From: Scyliorhinus canicula
Lineage: Eukaryota
DNA length: 64,000 nt
NCBI RefSeq assembly: GCF_902713615.1
Contig: NC_052149.1
Coordinates: forward strand, 234,334,069-234,398,068
Reading direction: 5' to 3'
The notes under the pieces are model-generated. The model had not been told where the DNA came from and searched no databases. It saw only the letters and a list, made by a program, of their open reading frames with translations. The position numbers were made by a program, and so were the translations under genes. Of the stretch, positions 47,010 to 58,780 are shown piece by piece (the stretch's first letter is position 1; each line of letters opens with the position of its first letter).

Positions 47010-48112
47010 AGGCTCCTGATACTACATCGTCGTGTCTCAAACTGGCATCTGTTAACTGGGAAGGGAAGCCGGCAGGTGATATATTCCACAAGCTACATAA
47101 TTGAGTTAGTTATAAGGTCGGCTCCACAATTGACCTCGAGGCATTGATACATGAATGCATTTGGACAATCTCCCTTCGCGGTTTGCAATTTGAAATACCA
47201 GCATAAGCGATTGGACGGACCGTGTCCCTTCATAACCTCAAAGGGGTAATGGGTGAGATTTAAAAGTTCATAGCTTGTTCTATGGATTCTTATGGTGACT
47301 TCCACCCAGATGCTGCCCCGAAGCTTTTTAACAATGTCGCGAAAATGGCGGAAACCGACTTTCGAAATGTAGCGTATTAGCCTGATAATCTCCAACACAT
47401 TGTCGAACCCTGCAAACTCGAATATAATAACCTCTATATAAAGCAGAGTACAAAAAGTACTATTTAACCAATATGATTCATACCATTTCGATCAGTACGC
47501 TAATATTGTCTGAAAAATAGGTTACAGAGAATTACATATTTTACCAAGAATCCTGAACACACGTTGCTTTCGGCCCAGTAGATCCATGAAGGTTTTAGTG
47601 CTCCACATCAGTCTTCTGCCTTTAATTATCAACGCAAATCAACATTTTTTTAAAGTACTGGCGGCAAGTAATGTGGTTTACAAATACCAAAGAACATCAC
47701 AGCACAGAAACAGGCCATTCGGCCCTCCAAAACTGTATCGGTTATGATACCACGCTTGACAAAAGTTCTGAGCACTTCCTAGCACCGTTGCTACCTATAC
47801 CCATCCTATTCATTATTTGTGGAGATGCCTTTTGAATGCCATTAAGGTATCTGCTTCCACAACATCTCTGGTAGCGCGTTCCAGGCACTCACCATCCTCT
47901 GCATAAAAAACCTGCCTCGCACATCTCCCCTTAACTTTTCACCTGGGACCTTAAAGCTATGCATTCTGGTGATTGATCCCTCTACTCTAGGAAAGAGTAC
48001 CTGCCCATTCACTCTGTCGGTGCCCCCCACAATATTGTAGACCTCTATCACGTTGTCCCTCAACCTCTGTCGTTCTGCTGAAAACAGTACAAGTCCAGTC
48101 AGCATATCCTTT

Positions 48113-48435
48113 GGGCAGCACGGTAGCACAAATGGATAGCACTGTGGCTTCACAGCGCCAGGATCCCAGGGTCGATCCCCCACTGGGTCACTGTCTGTGT
48201 GAAGTCAGCACGTTCTCCCCGTGTCTGCGTGGGTTTCCTCCGGATGCTCCGGTTTCCTCCCACAGTCCAAAGATGTACAGATTAAGTGCATTGGCCATGC
48301 TTTATTGCCCTTAGTGTCCAAAAAGTTTAGGAGGGGTTATCGGGTTACGGGGATAGTGTTGATGTGAGGGCTTAAGTGGGTGGGTGCAGACTCAATGGGC
48401 CGAATGGCCTCCTGCTGCAATGTATGTTCTATGTT
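48113..48435 (+). mobile_element. V-SINE
   Basis: GGGCAGCACGGTAGCAC head, V-domain, CR1-like tail. Confidence 0.88.
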
Positions 48436-48449
48436 TATCCACAAAGCTA

Positions 48450-48674
48450 TTTTAAAATCAATTTAGAGTACCCAATTATTTTTTTCCAATTAAGGGGCAA
48501 TTTAGCGTGTTCAATCTACCCACCTTGCACATCTTTGGGTTGTGGGGGCGAATCCCACGAAAACATGGGTAGAATGTGCAAACTCCACACGGACAGTGAC
48601 CCAGAGCCGGGATCAACCTGGGTCCTCAGCGCCGTGAGACTGCAGTGCTAACCCACTGAGTCACCGTGCTGCCC
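48450..48674 (-). mobile_element. Shorter V-SINE variant, tail-to-tail with the preceding SINE
   Basis: Reverse-strand head GGGCAGCACGGTG, shortened V-domain, A-rich end. Confidence 0.8.
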
Positions 48675-50509
48675 ATTTATCCGCAAAGCTAACACCCTGC
48701 AGACGAGGCAACATCCTGGTAACCCTCCTCCGAAATATCTCCAAAGCCCCCACATCTGTCTGGTAGTGTGGCAACCAGAATTGTGTGCAATATTCCAAGT
48801 GCGGCCTCACTGAGGTTCGATACAACTGTCGCATGACTTGCCAGTTTTTATACTCGATGCCCCGTCCAATGAAGGGAAGCATTCCGTATGCTTTCTTGAC
48901 TACCTTGTCCACTTGTCTTGCCACTTCCAAAGATCTGTGGACCTGTACGCCCAGATAACTCTGACTTTCTATATTTTTAAGAGTTTGGCTATTTTCTATT
49001 TGCTATTTATTGTGCATTTCCCCTTTATGTTAGACCTACCAAAATGCATTACCTCAAATTTGTCCTGGTTAAACTCAATTTGCCATTTCTCTGCCGTCGT
49101 CTCCAACCTATCTATGTTCTGCTGTATCCTCTGACAATTCTCAATCACATTTGCCACTCTGTCATCTGCGAACTTACTAATCAGACCAGCTACATTTTCC
49201 TCCAAATTGTTAATGTATACTACAAATAACATAGCCCCCATCACTGATCCCTGTGGAACACCTCTAGTCACAACCTTCCATTCAGAAAAAAACACTCTTC
49301 TACTGCTACACTTTGCCTTCTGTGACTGATCCAGGTCTGTATCCACCCTGCCACCTCACCTATGATCCCGTGTGACGTCACTTTTTGTACCAGTCTAGCA
49401 GGAGGCACCTTTTCAAAGGCATTACTGAAGTCCATGTAAACAACATTCACCACCCTTCCCTCATCAATCATCTATGTCACCTCCTCAAAAATTTTGATCA
49501 AGTTAGTGAGGCACCACACCCCTTTACCAAAACATGCTGTCTGTCGCCGATGAGACCATTTGTTTCCAAATGGGTATAAATCCTGTCCCTGAGAATTCCC
49601 TCCAATACTTTAACTACCACCAACGTGAGGCCCACCACCCTATAGCTTCGTGCAATATCCCTGCTACCGCTCTTAAACAGCGGGACCACATTTGGTACTC
49701 TATAGTCCTCTGGGATCTCACCTGCAGCCAATGAAGGGACAACGATGTTAGTCAAAGCCCACCAATTTCCTCCCTTGCTTCCATCAGTATTCCGGCGTCA
49801 ATACCATTCGGCCCAGGAAACCTATCTACCTTAATGTCTTTTACAACACCCAATACCTCCTCCGTTTTGATGTCAAAATGACCCAGACTATCCACACACC
49901 CTACCCAAGAATCATCTTCCACAATGCCCTTTCCTTTCCTGAACATTGATACAAAGTACTCATTTTGTACCTCGGCCATTTCCTCTCGCACAACATGTAG
50001 ATTCCCCCACTGTCCTTAAGTGGACCAAACCTTTCCCTGCCCACTCTCTTGATTTTTGTATATGAATAAAAAGCTTTGGGATTCACCTTCATCCTACTTG
50101 CCAATAATTTTTCATGACCGTTCCTAACCTTCCTAATTTCCCACTTAAACACCTTCCTACTTTCTTCATATTCCTCAAGGGTTTCGACTGTCCCCACCAT
50201 TCGAGACCGTACAAAGCCTTGTTTTTCTTTTTGACGAGTTCACAATATCACTCGTCATGCAAGGCTCCCTAAACATCCCACACTTATCCTTCGTTCTCTC
50301 AAGAATGTGACTTCCTGAATGCTAATTAACTGTCGCTTGAAGGACTCCCACATGTCCGATGTTGATTTACAGTCCAACAGCCGCACACAATCCAAATTCT
50401 TCAATTCCTCAGCAATGTTATTGTAATTTGCCTTTCCCAGTTTCGCACCTTAACCCGAGGATTGCGCTCATCCCTATTGAAAAGTACCCTGGAACTTACA
50501 GAATTGTGG

Positions 50510-50665
50510 ACATAGTAAGAAGTCTTACAACACCATGTTAATGTCCAACAGGTTTGTTTCGAATCACTAGCTTTCAGAGCGCAGCTCCTTCATTCGGGGA
50601 ACCTGGTGTTGTAAGACCTCTTACTGTGCCCACCCTAGTCCAACGCTAGCATCTCCACATCATCG
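50510..50665. mobile_element. 156-bp Penelope-terminus-only mini element
   Basis: Made only of the terminal sequences of the 9435-11401 family, in inverted arrangement; 11-bp TSD CAGAATTGTGG (50499-50509 and 50666-50676). Confidence 0.85.
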
Positions 50666-50892
50666 CAGAATTGTGGTCACTGCTCCCAACATGTTCCTCT
50701 ATTGATATTTCAACCACCTGTCCAGGCTCATTCCCCCAATACCAGGTCCAAAACTGTCCTTTCCCTGGTTGGACTATCTACATATTGCATCAAGAAGTCT
50801 TCCTGGATACACCTGTGAAACGCTGACCCAACCAAGACCCTAGCACTAAATGAGTCGTAGTCAATATTGGGGAAGTTAAAATCCCCTACCAC

Positions 50893-52750
50893 AACATAAG
50901 AACATAAGAACTAGGAGCAGGAGTCGGCCGTCTGGCCCCTCGAGCCTGCTCCGCCATTCAATTAGATCATGGTTGATCTTTTGTGGACTCAGCTCCACAT
51001 TCCGGCCCGAACACCATAACCCTTAATCCCTTTATTCTTCAAAAAACTATCTATCTTTACCTTAAAAACGTTTAATGAAGGAGCCTCAACTGCATCACTG
51101 GGCAAGGCATTCCATAGATTCACAACCCTTTGGGTGAAGAAGTTCCTCCTAAACTCAGTCCTAAATCTATGTCCCCTTATTTTGAAGCTATGTCCCCTAG
51201 TTCTGCTTTCACCCGCTAGTGGAAACAACCTGCCCGCATCTATCCTATCTATTCCCTTCATTATTTTAAATGTTTTTATAAGATCCCCCCTCATCCTTTT
51301 AAATTCCAACGAGTACAGTCCCAGTCTACTCAACCTCTCCTCATAATTCAACCTCTTCAGCTCTGGGATTAACCTCGTGAATCTCCTCCGCACACCCTCC
51401 AGTGCCAGTATGTCCTTTCTCAAGTAAGGAGACCAAAACTGAACACAATACTCCAGGTGTGGCCTCACTAACACCTTATGCAATTGCAACATAACCTCCC
51501 GAGTCTTAAACTCCATCCCTCCAGCAATGAAGGACAAAATTCCATTTGCCTTCTTAATCACCTGTTGCACCTGTAAACCAACTTTCTGTGACTCATGCAC
51601 TAGCACACCCAGGTCTCTCTAAACAGCGGCATGCTTTAATATTTTATCGTTTAAATAATAATCCCGTTTGCTGTTATTCCTACCAAAATAGCTAACCTCA
51701 CATTTGTCAACATTGCATTCTATCTGCCAGACCATAGCCCATTCGCTTAACCCATCCAAATCCCTCCGCAGACTTCCAGTATCCTCTGCACTTTTCGCTT
51801 TACCGCTCATCTTAGTGTCATCTGCAAACTTGGACACATTGCCCTTGCTCCCCAACTCCAAATCATCTATGTAAATTGTGAACAATTGTGTGCCCAACAC
51901 GGATCCCTGAGGGACACCACGAGCTACTGATTGCCAACCAGATTAATCTCCACTCTTTGCTTTCTATTAATTAAACAATCCTCTATCCATGCTACTACTT
52001 TACCCTTAATGCTATGCATCTTTATCACATGCAGCAACCTTTTGTGTGGCACCTTGTCAAAGGCTTTCTGGAAATCCAGATATACCACATCCATTGGCTC
52101 CCCGTTATCTACTGCCCTGGTAATGTCCTCAAAATATTCCACTAAATTAGTTAGACACGACTTGCTCTTTATGAACCCATGTTGCGTCTGCCCAATGGGA
52201 CAATTTCTATCCAGATGCCTCGCTATTTCTTCCTTGATGATAGATTCCAGCATCTTCCCTAATACAGAAGTTAAGCTCACTGGCCTATAATTTCCTGCTC
52301 TCTGCCGACCTCCTTTTTTAATCAGTGGTGTCACCTTTGCTAATTTCCAATGCACCGGGACCACCCCAGAGTCTAGTGAATTTTGGTAAATCATCATTAG
52401 TGCATTTGCAATTTCCCTAGCCATCTCTTTTAGCACTTTGGGATGTATTCCATCAGGGCCAGGAGACTTGACTACCTTTAGCCCATTAGCTTGCCCATCA
52501 CTTCCTCCTTAGTGATAACAATCCTCTCAAGGTCCTCACCTGTCATAGCCTCATTTCTATCAGTCGCTGGCATGTTATTTGTGTCTTCCACTGTGAAGAC
52601 CGACCCAAAAAACCTGTTCAGTTCCTCAGCCGTTTCCTCATCTCAAATTATTAAAGCTGCTTCTGTCCCTGTTTTACTACCTTCCAACTTCCTGTCCGTT
52701 CCCATCCTCCTGCCACATTAGTTTAAACCCTCCCCAACACCTCTAACTCA
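50893..52750 (-). mobile_element. Younger CR1 (RT region, internally deleted) nested in insertion C
   Basis: (AACATAAG)n tail; long frames with YRPVSLTS, DFQKAFDKVPH, SKFADDTK, VRPHLEYCVQFWSP. Confidence 0.9.
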
Positions 52751-52919
52751 TGCCTGTCACTTTTGTACCGATTCAAAATCTCTCTACCAAGCTGCTCCTC
52801 TACCTCTCGCTGGCATTTTGGTGGCCTGCAATGAACTCCCAACATTGTAAGTGCCCCTTTCCTGTTCCAGACCTTTACCCAGATTGCCTCATTGCTTAGA
52901 ACTGACATTAATCTGATTT

Positions 52920-53740
52920 TAAATCGGGATCAAAGACAGAACCTCAGAAGAGGGAAATTGACTAATTACCCTATATTAATATAGGCTAACCTAAGTTTAT
53001 AAAAACTTCTGAGGCATTTTTGTCAGAACAAAGCTGAAGGTTTGAACTTTTGCTGTGTAGCCCACGATTCATAGCGCAGTAAAATCAATTGGACCAAAAC
53101 CACGCTAATGACGTTGAAGCAGAATAGCTAAGGCTCAGATTTATAAAAATGTTCTCTATCCACTGGTCAGAACGCACGATTCATAACGTGCAACTTAGCT
53201 GCCTTTGTATTTGACAGTTCGTTGGACATTCAGCTGATTATTACCTTTATGGTCATGTTATCTCATTCATGTTACATAACGTGATGTCTCCATTTGAGTC
53301 GTCAATAATCGAACATTGTTGGAGGTTACAGAACATTTGCTAATTTGTGCTGGACGGGCTGATAAATAATTACAGAAGCTGACAGTTCACTTTGTATTGA
53401 GAAAGGTACTATGAGAGAAAGCCACATTTACAAGAGTAGAGGGTGATTTTACTCAAACCACCAAAGTAACAGAGGGCGACAGACATTTGCATCACAGAGA
53501 ATAGTTTCAAGATTCTGAGCAGAAATTATTTCAAAAAGTAACAGTACGTTAATCGTGACGCCAGGTTGATTTACCCGCACGTGAGTGAAGTTTGAAATTT
53601 AATTGGGAATCCCACTTCCAATTTCAAGGTCCACTTATGCAACAATAAACCGATCCTGCTGATTTGGATTAAAAACGTTGCTGACTCTCATTAAAATGAC
53701 GTTCTATTAGGTTACACGTGTTTGCCGGTTTAATATAGGT
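52920..53740. repeat. Paralogous non-TE spacer block, copy 5
   Basis: Aligns with the other copies. Confidence 0.8.
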
Positions 53741-53957
53741 CACAAAGATGATACAATGACCATTTCAATGATTTAATATTTACTTGTATTTCAGTTTTCT
53801 AATTTTCCTCCTTTTATGATGCCGATCAGGTAAGCTGCAGCTAGAAGCTAGCTACCCAGTCAAAGTAACCGAATTCGAATGACATACGTAGGAAAAACAT
53901 CCATTTTATTGGTCAGAGGACAGGGTTTTCTAACTAACCTTAAAATGCTGTGATGAA

Positions 53958-54109
53958 TGGAGTTTTCACATTCTGCCTAAGTCTGCATGTGTTTCACCCC
54001 CACAACCCAAAGATGTGCAGGTTAGGTGGATTGGCCACGCTAAATTGCCCCTTAATTGGAAAATAAAATAATTGGATACCTCAATTAAAAAAATAAAATA
54101 AAATAAAAG
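53958..54109 (+). mobile_element. 5'-truncated V-SINE variant
   Basis: Part of the V-domain plus an A-rich tail; TSD GCTGTGATGAA. Confidence 0.8.
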
Positions 54110-54224
54110 GCTGTGATGAACAATAATCAACGTTTGATTCAAAAGATTATTCAATTTCTGCATCCGGAAAGGCGATAATGCCAGTATGTCAAAGTACTTC
54201 AGAACTGTCAAGTACAAAATAGTC

Positions 54225-57200
54225 CATAAGACCATAAGACATAGGACCAGCATTAAGCCACTCAGCCCATCGAGTCTGTTCCGCCATTCAATTATGGCTG
54301 ACATTTTTCTCATCCCCATTCTTCTGCCTTCTCCCCAGAATCCCCGATCCCCTTATTGATCAAAACCTATCTATCTCTGTCTTAAAGACACTCAGTGATT
54401 TGGCCTCCACAGCCTTCTGCGGCAAAGAGTTCCACAGATTCACCACCCCCTGACTGAAGAAATGCCTCCTCATCTCTGTTTTAAAGGCTTGCCCTTTTAG
54501 TTTGAGATTGTGTCCTCTGGTTCTAGTTTTCCCTAAAAGTGGAAACATCCTCTCCACGTCCACTCTAGCGAGGCCTCGCAGTAGACCCCCCCTCCCATCC
54601 TTCTAAACTGCAACGAGTACAGACCAGATTCCTCAACCGTTCCTCATCCGGCAAGCTTTTCATTCCAGGGATCATTATTGTGAACCTCCTCCGGACCCTT
54701 CCCAAGGCCAGCACATCCTTCCTTAGATAGGGTGCCCAAAACTGCTCACAATACTCCAAATCGGGTCTGTCAAGAGCCATACACATCCCTAGCCTTGTAT
54801 TCTAGCCCTCTCGACATGAATCCTAACATTGCATTTGCCTTCCTAACTGCTGACTGAATCTGCACGTTAACCTTAAGAGGATCGTGAACAATGACTCCCA
54901 AGTCCCTTTGTGCTTCTGATTTCCAAAGTATCTTCCCATTTAGAAACCAGTCTATGCCTCCATTTCTCCTCTCCTTCCAAAGTGCATAACCTCACACTTT
55001 TCAACCTTGTCTTCCATCTGCTAATAGTTTGCCCACTCTCCCATCCTGTCTAAGTCCTTCTGCAGCCCGCCTGCTACCTTAATACTACCTGCCCCTCTAC
55101 AGATCTTTGTATCATCTGCAAACTTAGCAAAAGTGCCTTCAGTTCCTTCCACTACATCATTAATGTATATTGTGAAAAGTTGTGGTCCCAGCACCGACCC
55201 CTGAGGCACACCACTAGCCACCAGCTGCCATTCTGAAAATGACCCCTTTATCCCCACTCTCTTCCTTCTGCCAGTCAGCCAATTCTCGATTCATGCCAGG
55301 ATCTTACCCTTAATAACATGGACTCTTAACTTATTTAACAGTCTCCTATGCGGCACCTTGTCAAAGGCCTTCTGTAAATCTAAATAAATCATGCGTCCTG
55401 GTTCTCCTTTGTCTAACGTCCTTGTTACCTACTCAAAGAACACTAACAGATTTGTCAGACATGACGTCCCCTTGACAACGCCGTGCTGACTCAGTCCTAA
55501 TTTATCATGCACTTCCAAGTACTCCACGATGTCATCTTTAATAATGGACTCTAAGATCTTACGAATGACCGGAGTCAGGCTTACCGGCCTATAACTTCCC
55601 GTCTTCTGCCTCCCTCCCGTCTTAAACAGGGGTGTTACGTTAGCCACTTTCCAGTCCTCTGGGACTCTTCCTGCCTCCAGTGATTCCTGAAAGATCACCC
55701 CCAATGCCTCCACAATCTCCTGAGCGACCTCTTCTAGAACCCTGGTGTATAGTCCATCTGTCCAGGTGATTTATCCACGTTCAGACCTTTCAGTTTACCC
55801 AGAACCTTCTCCTTAGTAATGGTGGCTGCACTCACTTCTGCTCCCTGGTTCACTTGGAGCTTTGGTATCCCACTGGTGTCTTCCACCGTGAAGACTGATG
55901 AAAATTAACTATGAAGTTTATCTGCCATTTCTTTGTTTCCTATTTTTACTTCTCGAGCCAGCCCATTTTCCAGTGGACCAATGTCTGTTCTTGCTTCTCG
56001 CTTACCTTTTATATATTGAAAAAACACTCCCTATCTTCCTTTATATTACTAGCTAGCTTGCAATCATACTTCATCTTCTTCCACCCCCCCCCCCCCCATT
56101 GCTTTTTTAGTTGTCCTCTGCTGGATTTTAAAGGCTTCCCAATTCTCTGGCTTCCCACTAATCCTCGCCAATTCGTATGCTTTTTCTATAGCTTCTATGC
56201 TGTCCATGACTTCCATCGTCAGCCATGGATGCCTTCTCCTCCCGTTAGCATGTTTCTTCTACCTTTGGATGAATTTCTGTTGTGCCTTCCGAATAAACCC
56301 CCAAAACTCCTGCTTCCCTGTTCCTCTGTCATCCCTGCTGGGCTTCTTTTCCAATAAACTCTGGTCAGCTCCTCCCTCATGGCTTTGTAGATACCCTTAT
56401 GTAATTGTAATACCGTTACATCTGATTGCAGCTTCTCCCTTTCAAACTGCAGGGTAAATTATATCATATTGTTGTCGGTAATCCCTAATGGTTCCTTGAC
56501 CTTAAGTTCCATGATCATGTCTGCCTCATTACACATCACCAAATCCAGACTTGCCAGGTCCCTTGTAGGCTCTGTCAAAAGCTGTTCCAGGCATTGCACA
56601 AATTCCTTTTCTTGGGATCCACTACCAACCTGATTTTCCCAGTCCACCTTCATATTGAAGTCCCCCATCATTTTTGTAATATTGCCTTTTTACATGCCTT
56701 CTCTATCTCCTGCTTTATTTTCTGTCCCACATCCTGACTAACGCTAGGGGGGCTGTACATAACACCCATCACGGCATTTTTACCTTTACGTTTGTTCAAC
56801 TCTACACACAGAGATTCGATGCCTTCTGATCGTATATCACTCCTTGCTACCGATTTAACTTCATTCCTTACGAACAATGCAACCCCGCCTCCTTTGTTCA
56901 TTTGTCTGTCCTTTCGATAGGACACATATCCTTGGATATCTAGATCCCAGCCCTGATCCCCCAGCAGCCACGCCTCTGGGATGCCTATAACATCGTACCG
57001 GCCAATTTCAATGTGCGCAACAAGTTCATTTACCTTCTTCTGTGGACTGCGCGCATTTAGACACAACACGCTCTATCCTGCATTAGAACATAGAACATAG
57101 AACAGCACAGCACAGAACAGGCCCTTCGGCCCTCGATGTTGTGCCGAGCAATGATCACCCTACTTAAACCCACGTAACCCGTATACCCGTAACCCAACGA

Positions 57201-57841
57201 TCCCCCCATTAACCTTACACTACGGGTAATTTAGCATGGCCAATCCACCTAACCCGCACATCTTTGGACTGTGGGAGGAAACCGGAGCACCCGGAGGAAA
57301 CCCACGCACACACGGGGAGGACGTGCAGACTCCACACAGACAGTGACCCAGCCGGGAATCGAACCTGGGACCCTGGAGCTGTGAAGCATTGATGCTAACC
57401 ACCATGCTACCGTGACAAACAAAAGAACAAAGAACAAAGAAAATTACAGCACAGGAACAGGCCCTTCGGCCCTCCCAGCCTGCACCGATCCAGATCCTTT
57501 GTCTAAACCTGTCTCCTATTTTCCAATGTCTACTTCCCTCTGTTCCCGCCCGTTCATATACCTGTCCAGATGCCGCTTAAATGATGCTATCGTGCCCGCC
57601 TCTTCCACCTCTGCTGGTCCGCCCGGGCGCTTCTGACCAGAAGCGAGAGCCCATCAGGGCTCGCCTCCAACCTCACGGGGTAAGTGAAAAAGTTGACCAC
57701 CTTCCTTTTCACACTTGTCACCTTATTTGCTGTGCCTGAGGGTGATGTTGTTCTTTTATTTCGGTTCTCTGTTTCCCCTTCAGTTATTACACCTTCTAAG
57801 CTCACATTCTGGTTCCCTGCCTACTAGTTTGAATCCTCCCG
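54225..57841 (-). mobile_element. Degenerate CR1 LINE (EN + RT), interrupted at 57085-57617
   Basis: (CATAAGAC) tail; CLNARS, GGGVALFV, MGDFN, GVPQGSVLGP, AKFADDTK fragments. Confidence 0.88.
57085..57414 (-). mobile_element. V-SINE with a CR1 tail (same subfamily as 8896-9243)
   Basis: (AGAACAT)n tail, V-domain, tRNA head. Confidence 0.9.
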
Positions 57842-58006
57842 AGTCGGACAGCTCCTCAAATTCAAAGTGATTGAGAGAAGACGGGCATCAATACATTTAT
57901 AGGTATGGAAGCTTCTCCTTCGTCAAAAAATGTCACCGAGTGATAGGTGAAAAATACAGATGATGCTGTCCGGCCAACTGTTGAAACTCTTTGATGTGCA
58001 AAGGAA

Positions 58007-58318
58007 CGTAGAACATACAATGCAGAAGGAGGCCATTCGGCCCATCGAGTCTGAACCGATCCAATTAAGCCCTCACTTCCACCCTATCCCCAACCAGTAA
58101 CACCTGCTAACCTTTTCTTGTCACTAAGGGAAATTTATCATGACCAATATACCTAACCTGCACGTCTTTGGACTTTGGGAGGAAACCGGAGCACCCGGAG
58201 GAAACCCAGGCAGACACGGGGAGAACATGCAGACTCTGCACACATAGTGACTCAGGAGGGAATCGAACCTGTGACCCTGGCGCGATGAAGCCACAGTGCT
58301 AACCACTGTGCTACCGTG
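58007..58318 (-). mobile_element. V-SINE about 220 bp upstream of the gene 6 CSE
   Basis: tRNA head, V-domain, tail gaaggaggccattcggccc. Confidence 0.88.
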
Positions 58319-58535
58319 TAGCACAAATGAAATGAATGGAAAGATTCCAGATTGTAATTTAATTGCATTTAAAGGAGTAGTGGTGATCTTTAAAGAGAAA
58401 TGCCGCTGGGAGGAACTTCAAGCCGGCTTGTGTGTGTTATGGTTGTGCAATAATAATAGGATCCGTCATTGAAGGCCCTCAAATCAGGAGCTGTGCCGCT
58501 TTAAGAAAAACTGGTGAAATGAGAGGGAGCGGTTT

Positions 58536-58557
58536 GCTGTGTCGCTGCGGACCAATG
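58536..58557 (+). promoter_or_regulatory. CSE / CGCT box plus CCAAT of gene 6
   Basis: GCTGTGTCGCTGCGGACCAATG, ~238 nt upstream of the ATG. Confidence 0.72.
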
Positions 58558-58780
58558 CGGATGAAAATATAAGCAGAGATCTCTTGCTCCTTCTCCGGCA
58601 CAGAACCAGAACTGGAACAGAAAGACAATCGTTGCCTGCGTTAATTTTGTGGAAAGGTCAATGCGAATTTGCTCGGCATTCTGATAAGAAGGTATTTTGT
58701 GGATTATGCGATCGGGAAGTCAGCGTTTGACCAGAATAGACTACCGGTTTATTTCTACGCCTCTCCAAATATAACCAGCA

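Larger units (their letters stand above)
47681..52895 (-). mobile_element. Degenerate CR1 LINE (insertion C, copy 2) with nested SINEs, a mini-Penelope and a younger CR1
   Basis: GVPQGSVMG, SKFADD, RPHLEYCTQFW fragments; both junctions match copy 1. Confidence 0.87.
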
